Below are positions 1-8,713 of a stretch of DNA of 64,000 nt, in pieces. The DNA lies in contig CBFIGY010000002.1 of assembly GCA_965662235.1 (NCBI GenBank), positions 1 to 64,000 on the forward strand, in the 5' to 3' direction. Origin of the DNA: an uncultured bacterium. GTDB taxonomy: Bacteria; SAR324; NAC60-12. The stretch's first letter is position 1, and every line of letters begins with the position of its first letter. Both the position numbers and the translations under genes were made by a program. The notes under the pieces were generated by a model. The model made no database searches. It was not told the origin of the DNA and was given only the letters and a program-made list of their open reading frames with translations.

Positions 1-34
1 GGAAAAATTCAACCAAAAAAACAAATAAATATAA

Positions 35-226
35 CAGGAAAAAAATCAGGTAAATTCAGGACAAAAAATTGTTCATAATAAGGACAAAAAATAACCAATG
101 TATCAGCCTCAAAAGAAATTGATACCCCAATAGATATTTTGATTTAAATATATTTTTCGGACAAAATACCATGAAGCTGCGGACCAAATTCTGGGGAAGC
201 GATCGGACAGATGGGGACAGAAATTC
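35..226. repeat. AT-rich region with imperfect direct repeats GGAC(A)AAAWT
   Basis: GGAC at 59, 82, 159, 181, 205, 215, variants GGAA at 37 and GGTA at 49, each followed by an A-rich tract; bases 1-170 are far more AT-rich than the rest of the window. Confidence 0.55.
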
Positions 227-322
227 CTTGGTGCTCTAGCAGAGGAGGAACTGAGGTCGAAAGGGGAGACGGCAACGTTTTGCCGGCTGCCGGCCCTCTG
301 CAGACCGGCAACGGGGAGAGGG

Positions 323-1177
323 CTAAAGGAGGGTCGCGCCCAGCCGGAGGGTCAGCAGTCCGGCAAAGACAATCAGAGCCGCAAGCTGCTGCTGCAGGTC
401 AAAGCGTTCCTTGAGCAGCAGCACCGCCAGCAGAGGAGTCAGGACCACACTGGTCTCCCGGATGGAGGCCACCAGCGCAACAGGCGCATGTGCCATGGAG
501 TAGATCACCAAGCCATAGGCTGTTGAGGAGAAGAGCCCTGCTAGGAAGCTGCCCCATCCTGCCTGACGCAGGTGTTGGGAAAAATGAGCGCGCCGCCGCC
601 ACCAGGCCAGCAGGAGGGCCGGAGGGGCTTCGCAGAAGATGAGCCAACCGATGTACGCCCACTCGTTTCCGGCCAACCGGACACCGGCGCCGTCCACCAC
701 CGTGTAAGCAGCAATGAATCCTCCGGTTCCCAACGCGTAGGCCACACCTCTTCCGGGAATCCGCTGTTGCCCGCGGCGGAACACCAGACTGAAGAGGCCC
801 AGCGAGATCAGCCCCACCCCCAACTGCTCATGGAGGCCCAGGGCATCCGGAAGCAGCCACAGGGACAGTCCGGTGGTGAGCAGCGGCGCTGAGCCACGAG
901 CCAGCGGGTAGACCTGCCCAAGGCTCCCGTGCGCGTAGGCCCGGATCAGGAAAAGATTGTATCCGATGTGCAGGACGACGGAGGCGAAGATGTGCGGCCA
1001 GCTTGCAGGCAGGGGCAGCGGCAACGCTCCCAGCAAAAACGGGGTCACCAGCACGGCCGGCACCGCGTGCAGCACCGCTAGGCTCACCAAACGGTCCCCA
1101 CTCCGCTTGAGCAGCAGGTTCCAGGTCCCGTGGAGCACTGCGGCCAGCAGCACCAGCCCCAAGATTTCGTTGCTCAT
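323..1177 (-). CDS. EamA/DMT family transporter
   Basis: About 10 TM helices; motifs LLAAVLHGTWN, VYPLARG, YTVVDG, IRETSV, LLKE; start taken at MSNEIL. Confidence 0.9.
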   Translation of the reverse strand: MSNEILGLVLLAAVLHGTWNLLLKRSGDRLVSLAVLHAVPAVLVTPFLLGALPLPLPASWPHIFASVVLHIGYNLFLIRAYAHGSLGQVYPLARGSAPLLTTGLSLWLLPDALGLHEQLGVGLISLGLFSLVFRRGQQRIPGRGVAYALGTGGFIAAYTVVDGAGVRLAGNEWAYIGWLIFCEAPPALLLAWWRRRAHFSQHLRQAGWGSFLAGLFSSTAYGLVIYSMAHAPVALVASIRETSVVLTPLLAVLLLKERFDLQQQLAALIVFAGLLTLRLGATLL

Positions 1178-1435
1178 GCCCTCCCGGATGCATCTGGCCA
1201 ATGGGCTTCTCAAGCCCTATGCTTGCAGAAACGTGATGGCCCAGGTCTTCTTGATGTACGCCTTCTCGGCCAAAAGCACAATCGCCCCCTCTCCTTTCCT
1301 CCCGACTCCTTCCTCCGGAAGGCCCCTTGGGCTTTGCACGGGATTCCTGAAATTCATTTGCGATCTTTTGGCGTTTGCGATACAAACATCGTCTTTAAGC
1401 CTCGTTCCCCTGAAATCTTATTCTGGAGTCGCCCC

Positions 1436-2512
1436 ATGAGCCCTAAACGCCGTTCTCGCTTGACCCGACGATCCTTCCTCCAAGGCCTGGGGGCCGTGGC
1501 AGCCGGCCTGACCTTCCTGCCTCGTGAAGGCTGGAGTGCCGAAGAGAAGAAGCTCAACTTCTACAACTGGGACACCTACATTGGTGAAACCACCCTGCAG
1601 GACTTCCTAGACGCCACAGGCGTTGAGGTCTCCATGGACCTGTTTGCTGACAACGATGAGCTGTTTGCGAAGCTCAAGGAGGGCAACCCCGGTTACGACG
1701 TCATTGTCCCCACCAACGATTTTGTGGAACGGATGATCCGGGCCAACATGCTCGTCAAGCTCGACCACAGCAAGATCCCGAACTTCAAGAACCTTGATCC
1801 GGCGTTTCAGGACGCAGCCTTCGACCCCAAGCGGGCCTACAGCCTTCCCTACATGTGGGGCACCATTGGCATTGGTTACCGCAAGTCCCGGGTCTCTCAG
1901 GTTCCCGACAGCTGGGCGGCCCTCTTCAACTCTCCGGAGTACTCCGGACGAATTTCCCTCATCAACAGTCCGTCCGAGACCATCCCGGTGGTCCTCAAGT
2001 ACCTGGGATACTCCCTCAATGCCACCGACCCCGCCGCCATCAAGGAGGTCGAGCAGATGCTGACCAAGCAGAAGGAGCACATCAAGGTCTTTGCGGAAGA
2101 CAACGGACAGGACCTGCTCCTTTCCGGGGACGTGGACCTGGCCATGGAGTACAACGGGGACATCATTCAGGTGCAGGAAGAAGATGATGACATCGGCTTC
2201 ATTGTGCCCAAGGAAGGCACCCTCGTGTGGCAAGACTGCCTCTGCATTCCCACCGGTGCTCCGCATCCGGAGAACGCCCACGCGTTCATGAACTACCTGC
2301 TGGATGCAGACGCCGGCGCCCTGATTGCTGACTACATTCAGTACGCCACTCCGAATGCGGCCGCTAAGGCCAAGATGTCGGACGAGTACCAGAGCAATCC
2401 GGCCATCTTCCCCACCGATGACGTGCTCAAGCGCAGCGAGTCGGCCAAGTACCGCGGGGAAGACACGCAGCGCCTGTTTGATGAAGCCTGGACCCGCATC
2501 TCTGCGGCCTGA
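1436..2512 (+). CDS. potD: Spermidine/putrescine ABC transporter substrate-binding protein, Tat-exported
   Basis: TRRSFL twin-arginine signal; LNFYNWDTYI, PYMWGTIGIGY, PKEG, AHAFMNY motifs; GGAG upstream of ATG 1436. Confidence 0.9.
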   Translation: MSPKRRSRLTRRSFLQGLGAVAAGLTFLPREGWSAEEKKLNFYNWDTYIGETTLQDFLDATGVEVSMDLFADNDELFAKLKEGNPGYDVIVPTNDFVERMIRANMLVKLDHSKIPNFKNLDPAFQDAAFDPKRAYSLPYMWGTIGIGYRKSRVSQVPDSWAALFNSPEYSGRISLINSPSETIPVVLKYLGYSLNATDPAAIKEVEQMLTKQKEHIKVFAEDNGQDLLLSGDVDLAMEYNGDIIQVQEEDDDIGFIVPKEGTLVWQDCLCIPTGAPHPENAHAFMNYLLDADAGALIADYIQYATPNAAAKAKMSDEYQSNPAIFPTDDVLKRSESAKYRGEDTQRLFDEAWTRISAA

Positions 2513-2522
2513 GTTTTACAGT

Positions 2523-2540
2523 GGGGGGACCCGTCCCCCC
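2523..2540 (+). terminator. Intergenic stem-loop after the binding-protein gene (mRNA stabiliser or partial terminator)
   Basis: GGGGGGA-cccg-TCCCCCC with only a weak U tract. Confidence 0.5.
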
Positions 2541-2576
2541 CTTGCTTGACCACCCTCTCACTGGTGGACCTCCATC

Positions 2577-3494
2577 GTGGATTCCTGGCGCCGTGCTCCG
2601 CGCGTGTTCTGGGCTCTTGGCCTGCCTCCCACCTTCTGGCTGGTGGCCTTCTTTCTCGCGCCGCTCGGCCTGATCTGGGGCCTGAGCTTCGGAGAGAAGC
2701 AGGGCATCATCGAGGTGGCCATCACCGGAACACTCGACAACTACATCCGGGCCCTCCAGCCCATCTACCTTCAGATCTTCCTCAAGTCCTTTTGGTACGC
2801 GGGGCTCACCACCTTCTTCTGCCTCGTCATCGCCTTTCCCACGGCCCTGACCATCACCTTTGCCTCAGAGCGCTGGAAGCCCATCCTCCTCCTGCTCGTC
2901 ATCCTCCCCTTCTGGACCAACCTGCTGATCCGGACCTATGCCCTGATCGCCGTCCTGAGAACCAACGGGTACCTCAACGACCTGCTGGAGCTGTTCTGGA
3001 ATGCCGGAGAGGGCGTCCTTACCCTCGTGGGACTGGGAGACCTGCAGCTGCTGGGCGCCCGCTTCACGCCACTGGAGTTCCTCTACAACAACTTCGCCGT
3101 GGTCTACGGCCTCGTCTATGTCCACCTGCCGTTCATGGTCCTGCCCCTCTATGCGGCCCTGGACCGTCTGGACCGCAGCTACATCGAAGCCAGCCTGGAC
3201 CTTGGAGCCAGCCAGTGGCGGACGTTCCGGTCCATCATTGTCCCCTTGGCGCTGCCGGGCATTGTCTCCGGAATCATCATCACCTTCATTCCGGCGCTGG
3301 GCTCCTACCTCACCCCCGACCTGCTCGGCGGAACCGACAGTCAGATGATTGCCAACGTCATTGAGCGGCAGTTCAAGTCGGCCAACGACTGGCCGTTCGG
3401 CGCCGCGCTCTCGTTTCTGTTGATGTACCTGACCTTCTTTGCCCTTGCCGTCCGGGCGGTTTACAGCCGACGGGCGGGTCTGGAGGCCGCATGA
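2577..3494 (+). CDS. potB: Polyamine ABC transporter permease
   Basis: LPFWTNLLIRTYA, LPFMVLPLY and EAA loop IEASLDLGA. Confidence 0.9.
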   Translation: MDSWRRAPRVFWALGLPPTFWLVAFFLAPLGLIWGLSFGEKQGIIEVAITGTLDNYIRALQPIYLQIFLKSFWYAGLTTFFCLVIAFPTALTITFASERWKPILLLLVILPFWTNLLIRTYALIAVLRTNGYLNDLLELFWNAGEGVLTLVGLGDLQLLGARFTPLEFLYNNFAVVYGLVYVHLPFMVLPLYAALDRLDRSYIEASLDLGASQWRTFRSIIVPLALPGIVSGIIITFIPALGSYLTPDLLGGTDSQMIANVIERQFKSANDWPFGAALSFLLMYLTFFALAVRAVYSRRAGLEAA

Positions 3495-4342
3495 AGCGTT
3501 CCCGGACGCCCATTGGGCCGCTTGATTACGGTCGCCGCACCTGGATGCGCCTGACTCTGCTGGCAACGTTTGTGTTCCTCTATGCTCCCATTGCCACCCT
3601 GGTCGCCTTCAGCTTCAACGACAGCCGCCGCAACATCGTCTGGCGCGGGTTTACCTTCAAGTACTATGGCAAGGCGGCGGGAAACTCCTCCCTCATGGAG
3701 GCCTTTGGGAACTCCCTGACCATCGCCTTTGTCAGCACGGCGGTCAGCCTGGTTCTCGGAACGCTGGTGGCAGTGCTGCTGTGGCGGTTCCGGTTTCCAG
3801 GAAAGGCGGTCTATGAAGGTGCCATGTCGCTCCCCATCGTCATTCCGGAGATCTGCATGGGGGTGGCGATGCTGGCTTTTTTTGCACGAGTGGGGTGGCC
3901 TTCGGGGTTGCCGTGGCCTCTGAACCTGGGCGCCATCACCATTGCCCACATCTCCTTCAGCTTCCCCTTTGTGTCAGTGGTCGTCCGCGCCCGGCTCAGC
4001 AGCTTCAATCGCGAGCTGGAAGAAGCAGCCAAGGACCTCGGCGCCACCGAGTGGCAGGCCTTCCGGGACGTCCTTGTTCCGCACATGAAACCCGGCCTCA
4101 TTGCCGGAGGCCTCCTCGCCTTCACCCTGTCGCTGGATGACTTTGTGATCACCTTCTTTACCTCCGGCCCCGACACGGTGACCTTTCCCATCAAGATCTA
4201 CTCCATGATCCGCTTCTCGGTGACCCCGGAGGTCAACGCCGCTTCCACGGTGCTCATCCTCCTCACCCTCATCCTCACCACCCTCGCCCTGTGGTACCAA
4301 AGCCGCAGTGGTGGCAAGCTGGACGATTCTGCTCATGGCTGA
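3491..4342 (+). CDS. potC: Polyamine ABC transporter permease
   Basis: FLYAPI..VAFSFN, LEEAAKDLGA, FTLSLDDFVIT, PEVNAAS; ATGA overlap with potB. Confidence 0.9.
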   Translation: MKRSRTPIGPLDYGRRTWMRLTLLATFVFLYAPIATLVAFSFNDSRRNIVWRGFTFKYYGKAAGNSSLMEAFGNSLTIAFVSTAVSLVLGTLVAVLLWRFRFPGKAVYEGAMSLPIVIPEICMGVAMLAFFARVGWPSGLPWPLNLGAITIAHISFSFPFVSVVVRARLSSFNRELEEAAKDLGATEWQAFRDVLVPHMKPGLIAGGLLAFTLSLDDFVITFFTSGPDTVTFPIKIYSMIRFSVTPEVNAASTVLILLTLILTTLALWYQSRSGGKLDDSAHG

Positions 4343-5420
4343 ACCTGCTGTTATTCTGGAAATCCACGATGTGGTCAAACGGTTCGGCAGCACCACCGCA
4401 GTCGACCACGTCTCCCTGCAGATCCGGGAAGGAGAGTTCTTTGCGCTCCTGGGTCCCTCCGGATGCGGCAAGACGACCTTGCTCCGCATGCTCGCCGGAT
4501 TCGAGTTTCCCACCGAAGGACGCATCGTCATTGACGGTAAGCCCACGGAAGACCTGCCTCCGAACCGCCGTCCGGTCAACATGGTCTTCCAGTCCTATGC
4601 GGTGTTCCCGCACCTGAAGGTTGCTGACAATGTCGCCTATGGCCTACGGGTCACCGGAATCCCGGAGCCAGAAGTTGGCCCCCGGGTGAAAGAAGCCCTG
4701 GGGCTGGTGAAGCTGGATGGCTACGGGTCCCGCATGCCGGATCAGCTTTCCGGAGGCCAGCGGCAGCGGGTGGCCCTGGCTCGGGCCCTGGTGAAGCGTC
4801 CTCGCGTGCTCCTGCTCGATGAGCCCCTTTCGGCCCTGGACGCAAAGCTCCGAGAAGCCATGCAGCTGGAACTCGTCCGGCTTCAGCAGGCGGTCGGCAT
4901 CACCTTTGTCATTGTCACCCACGATCAGGACGAAGCCCTCTCCATGGCAGACCGCATTGCTGTCATGGAGTCCGGACACGTCCGTCAGGTCGCGCCTCCC
5001 AACGAGCTCTATGAGTCTCCGAACTGCCGGTTTGTTGCCGACTTCATTGGTCGCATGAACCTGATGTCCGGAACCGTGCAGCAGTATGAAAACGGGCAGC
5101 TGGCGGTTCAGACGGAACGATTCGGATGCCTCCGCATTCCCCATCCGGAAGCCCTGCAGGGGCCGTTGCACCTAGCGGTGCGTCCTGAGAAGGTCCGGGT
5201 GGCTCCAGAGCCGTTTCCCGCTCCGCACCTATCGTTCCGCGGCTCCGTGGAGGCCATCATCTACCACGGCAGCGAAAGCCACCTGTTCCTCAAGACAGAA
5301 GCCGGCCCCACGGTTTCCGCCACCCAGCTCAACCCGAGCCGCCATGCGCCCCGCTATGCCAAGGGCGACACCCTCTGGATTGGCTGGGCTCCGGAAGACA
5401 CTCTGGTTTTGGCCGAGTAG
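4335..5420 (+). CDS. potA: Polyamine ABC transporter ATP-binding protein
   Basis: Walker A GPSGCGKT, signature LSGGQ, Walker B LLLDE, C-terminal TOBE-like region. Confidence 0.92.
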   Translation: MAEPAVILEIHDVVKRFGSTTAVDHVSLQIREGEFFALLGPSGCGKTTLLRMLAGFEFPTEGRIVIDGKPTEDLPPNRRPVNMVFQSYAVFPHLKVADNVAYGLRVTGIPEPEVGPRVKEALGLVKLDGYGSRMPDQLSGGQRQRVALARALVKRPRVLLLDEPLSALDAKLREAMQLELVRLQQAVGITFVIVTHDQDEALSMADRIAVMESGHVRQVAPPNELYESPNCRFVADFIGRMNLMSGTVQQYENGQLAVQTERFGCLRIPHPEALQGPLHLAVRPEKVRVAPEPFPAPHLSFRGSVEAIIYHGSESHLFLKTEAGPTVSATQLNPSRHAPRYAKGDTLWIGWAPEDTLVLAE

Positions 5421-5450
5421 CCAACCCCTCCACCTCCTTTGAGACCATTC

Positions 5451-6041
5451 ATGATTCCTCAACACCTGACGCTGCGGCTGCCTGACTGGGTTCCGGCCTT
5501 TGTCGCGGAGCACGCCTTTCCCCTTGCCTCCAACGAAGAGCGCATGCGCTTTGTGCTGGCGCTGACCGAGCGCAACATCCGTGAACAGACGGGGGGACCC
5601 TTTGGAGCAGCGGTTTTTGAGCGGGAATCGGGGGCGTTGGTTTCGGTGGGCGTGAACGTGGTGGTGGCAGAAGGCTGCTCTGCCGCACATGCTGAAATGA
5701 TGGCGCTGATGCTCGCTCAGCAGAAGTGCCAGAGCTTCGATCTCGCCGCAGATCCGCTTCCGGACCACCAGTTGGTCACCAGCGGGAAGATGTGTGCCAT
5801 GTGCCTCGGAAACGTCTGCTGGTCAGGCGTCCGCGAGGTGGTGTCGTCTGCCGAACCTGAGGACGTTGAGTCCCTCACCGGTTTTGACGAAGGTCCGTTG
5901 CCGCTCGACTACAACGCGCAGCTGGAGCGTCGAGGCATCCGCATCCTTCCAGAATTGCTCCGGGAAGAGGGGCGCCGGGTGCTGCAGCTCTACGTGGAGT
6001 TGGGAGGCGCGATCTACAACCCTGCCCGTTCCCGCGACTGA
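5451..6041 (+). CDS. Zn-dependent nucleoside/nucleobase deaminase (cytidine deaminase fold, guanine-deaminase-like)
   Basis: GGPFGA, HAE and CAMC motifs, GFDEG. Confidence 0.85.
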   Translation: MIPQHLTLRLPDWVPAFVAEHAFPLASNEERMRFVLALTERNIREQTGGPFGAAVFERESGALVSVGVNVVVAEGCSAAHAEMMALMLAQQKCQSFDLAADPLPDHQLVTSGKMCAMCLGNVCWSGVREVVSSAEPEDVESLTGFDEGPLPLDYNAQLERRGIRILPELLREEGRRVLQLYVELGGAIYNPARSRD

Positions 6042-6102
6042 CCACCTCCCCCTCTGCCAAGCCCCATCGGCTTCCGGGTCTTGGCCTTCCTGCCGTTTTG
6101 GT

Positions 6103-6939
6103 CTACGATTCTGTAAACGAACGGATGATGCGCTGCAGTTCAGAGGCGTCCTGAGCCGTGGTGCACCCCTGCTCAGACCCGGCGATCCGGCAGAGCACCT
6201 GCTGCAGCGGACCGTCTTCCGAGACGCCAAAGCCGATGGTCCGGACCACCACCTCCGGGAACCGTCGGCGCGCCTGCAGGACCTGCTCCAGCGTAAACCC
6301 GGACAGCTGATCGTCCTGCCCATCGGCTAGGACCACCACCACCTGACGACGCTGAGCCCCTGCAGGCACCTGGTAAGCGGAGCCCTGGAAGTAGTTCAGC
6401 GCCCGGTGCACCGCTTGGTAGAGGTTGGTGCCTCCGCGGGTTTCCAGCCCCTCCAGCTGCTTCAGCAGGTGCTGACGGACCGGAGAGCTCGAGGGCCCAA
6501 TCGGTTCAAACACCACTTCCTTGGTTCCCTCGGGAACTGCTGGCGAGTTGGGCAACTGCTCAATACGAGCATTGAAGGTCCACAGCTGAAACCGAGTCCC
6601 CGGCTGCATGTTCTGCGCAAAGAACCGGAGCGCCTCCAAGGCCGCAGCCCACTTGCTCTGCTTCTGTCCAGAAAGGTAGGCGTCCATTGATCCGGAAGCA
6701 TCCAGCAGGAAGATCACATCCGAGATCGAGGTTGGCTCAGGAGGCGGAGGCGGCTCAGGGAGCGGTTCTGGTTCCGGAGGAGGCGGCAACGGCTTTGGGG
6801 GCGGAGGAGGAGGCGCCACCACTTCGGGCGCTGGAGGCTCAGGAGGAGGCTTGGGCACCACAAAAAAATCGGTGCCCTGGGCGCCCACGGTTACCGCCGT
6901 GGCCACCCCGATCAGCATCATGAGGAAAACACGCATCAA
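6103..6939 (-). CDS. Secreted vWA-domain protein with proline-rich linker
   Basis: Signal peptide, poly-Pro stretch, MIDAS DASGS, GGTNL, LADG, TIGFG. Confidence 0.85.
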   Translation of the reverse strand: MMRVFLMMLIGVATAVTVGAQGTDFFVVPKPPPEPPAPEVVAPPPPPPKPLPPPPEPEPLPEPPPPPEPTSISDVIFLLDASGSMDAYLSGQKQSKWAAALEALRFFAQNMQPGTRFQLWTFNARIEQLPNSPAVPEGTKEVVFEPIGPSSSPVRQHLLKQLEGLETRGGTNLYQAVHRALNYFQGSAYQVPAGAQRRQVVVVLADGQDDQLSGFTLEQVLQARRRFPEVVVRTIGFGVSEDGPLQQVLCRIAGSEQGCTTAQDASELQRIIRSFTES

Positions 6940-6957
6940 CGGACTCAGTCAACAAAA

Positions 6958-8112
6958 GTGAACGATTTCATTTACCTGGACCACAACGCCACCACTCCAC
7001 TGCTTCCCGAAGCCCGGGACGCCCTCGTGGAGGCGCTGAGTGCCTTTGGCAACCCCTCCAGCCCCCATCAGGCAGGACGGACGGCCCGGACGCTTCTGGA
7101 AGACGCCCGTAAGCGCATTGCTCGGCGACTTGAGGTCTCTCCTCAAGAGGTTCTCTTTACCAGCGGAGGAAGCGAAAGCAACAACACGGTGCTGCAGCAA
7201 GTGGTGCTGGACTCAGGCGCCCGGCACCTGATCACCTCCGCCGTTGAGCACCCGTCTGTGCTGGAACCCGCGCGGGCGCTCAACCAGCTTCCGGAGGTCT
7301 CTGCCACCCAGCTTCCGGTCAATGAGCAGGGGCAGGTTCATCCGGATGCCCTCGCCGATCAGCTCCGTCCAGAGACACGGCTCGTGTCCGTCATGGCCGC
7401 CAACAACGAAACCGGCGCCCGGCAGCCCCTGGCGGCCCTCTCGGCCCTCTGCCGGTCTCAGGGCATCGGGTTTCACAGCGATGTCACCCAGGCCCTTGGT
7501 AAGCTTCCTCTGGACTGGAACCTCCTTGATTATGCCACTGCTGCGTCTCATAAGCTAGGTGGCCCCAAAGGAATTGGCCTGCTCTACGTCCGCAAGCAGA
7601 CGCCGCTGCACCCCCTCATCTGGGGCGGAAAGCAGGAACGGGTCCGCCGGGCAGGGACCGAAAGCGTGGCCCTGGCGTGCGGATTTGCCACGGCGCTGGA
7701 ATGGTTTTTGGACCATCAGGACGCGCTGCAGCAGCAGTTTCAGGAGGCTCGGCAGCGGGTGCTTCCGCTGGTGGAGGCGCTTCCGGGGTACTTCCGCAAC
7801 AGTCCCCAGGATGCCGATTGCCTGCCGCACACCCTCAACTTTGGCATCACGGGGCTGAGTGCCGAGACGCTGTTGATTTCGCTCGATCTTGACGGCATCG
7901 GTGTGTCTACTGGTTCCGCCTGCTCCTCAGGTGCGCTGGAAGCCAGTCCGGTGCTCCTCGCTCAGGGCCGGAGCCGAGAGCAAGCCCGGGCCAGCCTCCG
8001 GGTCAGTTGGGGCTGGAACACGCCTCCGGAAGCATTGGAAACCTTTGGCCAGCGCCTGGCCCACCATGTTCACCGTTTACTGAAGAAGAAACCATGTCGT
8101 TCCGCTGGCTGA
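6958..8112 (+). CDS. Cysteine desulfurase (NifS/IscS-like)
   Basis: YLDHNATT, FTSGGSE, SHKLGGPKG (PLP lysine), STGSACSS (catalytic Cys). Confidence 0.93.
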   Translation: MNDFIYLDHNATTPLLPEARDALVEALSAFGNPSSPHQAGRTARTLLEDARKRIARRLEVSPQEVLFTSGGSESNNTVLQQVVLDSGARHLITSAVEHPSVLEPARALNQLPEVSATQLPVNEQGQVHPDALADQLRPETRLVSVMAANNETGARQPLAALSALCRSQGIGFHSDVTQALGKLPLDWNLLDYATAASHKLGGPKGIGLLYVRKQTPLHPLIWGGKQERVRRAGTESVALACGFATALEWFLDHQDALQQQFQEARQRVLPLVEALPGYFRNSPQDADCLPHTLNFGITGLSAETLLISLDLDGIGVSTGSACSSGALEASPVLLAQGRSREQARASLRVSWGWNTPPEALETFGQRLAHHVHRLLKKKPCRSAG

Positions 8113-8282
8113 TCCTGCTTGTCCTTCTGAGCGGGTGTGCGCTCCAGTCCTACAACTCCGCCAACTACGAGGCCTGCCTCCCGGCGCTGGAAGAAGACCG
8201 GCAGGCCCGGGAAGCTGATTTTTTTTCATACAACCCGGAGCGTTTTGACGAATGCCGGGCACCTGCTCGCTATGGGGACTGA
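8094..8282 (+). CDS. Small lipoprotein (62 aa)
   Basis: MSFRWLILLVLLSGC lipobox, two further Cys; purine-rich upstream. Confidence 0.65.
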   Translation: MSFRWLILLVLLSGCALQSYNSANYEACLPALEEDRQAREADFFSYNPERFDECRAPARYGD

Positions 8283-8286
8283 AGTC

Positions 8287-8598
8287 ATGAAAAAGGCATG
8301 GATCCTCCTTCTGCTCTCTCTGAGCAGCACCGCATGGGCCCAGGAAGCAGGGACCCCTTCCTACGGAACCGTCAACCCGCCCCTCAACTATCAGGCCCTG
8401 CGGCAGCGTGTCGAATCGGCTCCTGCCTATGAACGGCTCAAGAAGGTGCTGGCCACCCTCGACAACGACAGCCTCCTCCCGCCGCAACCGAAGAACGAGT
8501 TCGACTACAAGTCCATGCTCCGCTACGTCGAGAAGTACCGCAAGAACCCGCCTCCCATCAAGGATGAACTCCGCACCGTCTACCCCAACCGTCCCTGA
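8287..8598 (+). CDS. Small secreted hypothetical protein
   Basis: MKKAWILLLLSLSSTAWA-Q signal peptide; 4 nt after previous stop. Confidence 0.7.
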   Translation: MKKAWILLLLSLSSTAWAQEAGTPSYGTVNPPLNYQALRQRVESAPAYERLKKVLATLDNDSLLPPQPKNEFDYKSMLRYVEKYRKNPPPIKDELRTVYPNRP

Positions 8599-8642
8599 CG
8601 GCCCCCAACGCCCCCCTTGGTAAAAAAATGGCCTCGTCGTCC

Positions 8643-8669
8643 TAAAGTTTCTGGCAGAAATGCCGATAG
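8643..8669 (+). promoter_or_regulatory. Sigma28 (FliA) promoter of flagellin
   Basis: TAAAGTTT-N11-GCCGATAG versus consensus TAAAGTTT-N11-GCCGATAA, 44 nt upstream of the flagellin ATG. Confidence 0.92.
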
Positions 8670-8713
8670 GAGAAGGGAACGTGGGACACCCCTCCCCTAA
8701 CGACTGAGAGACC

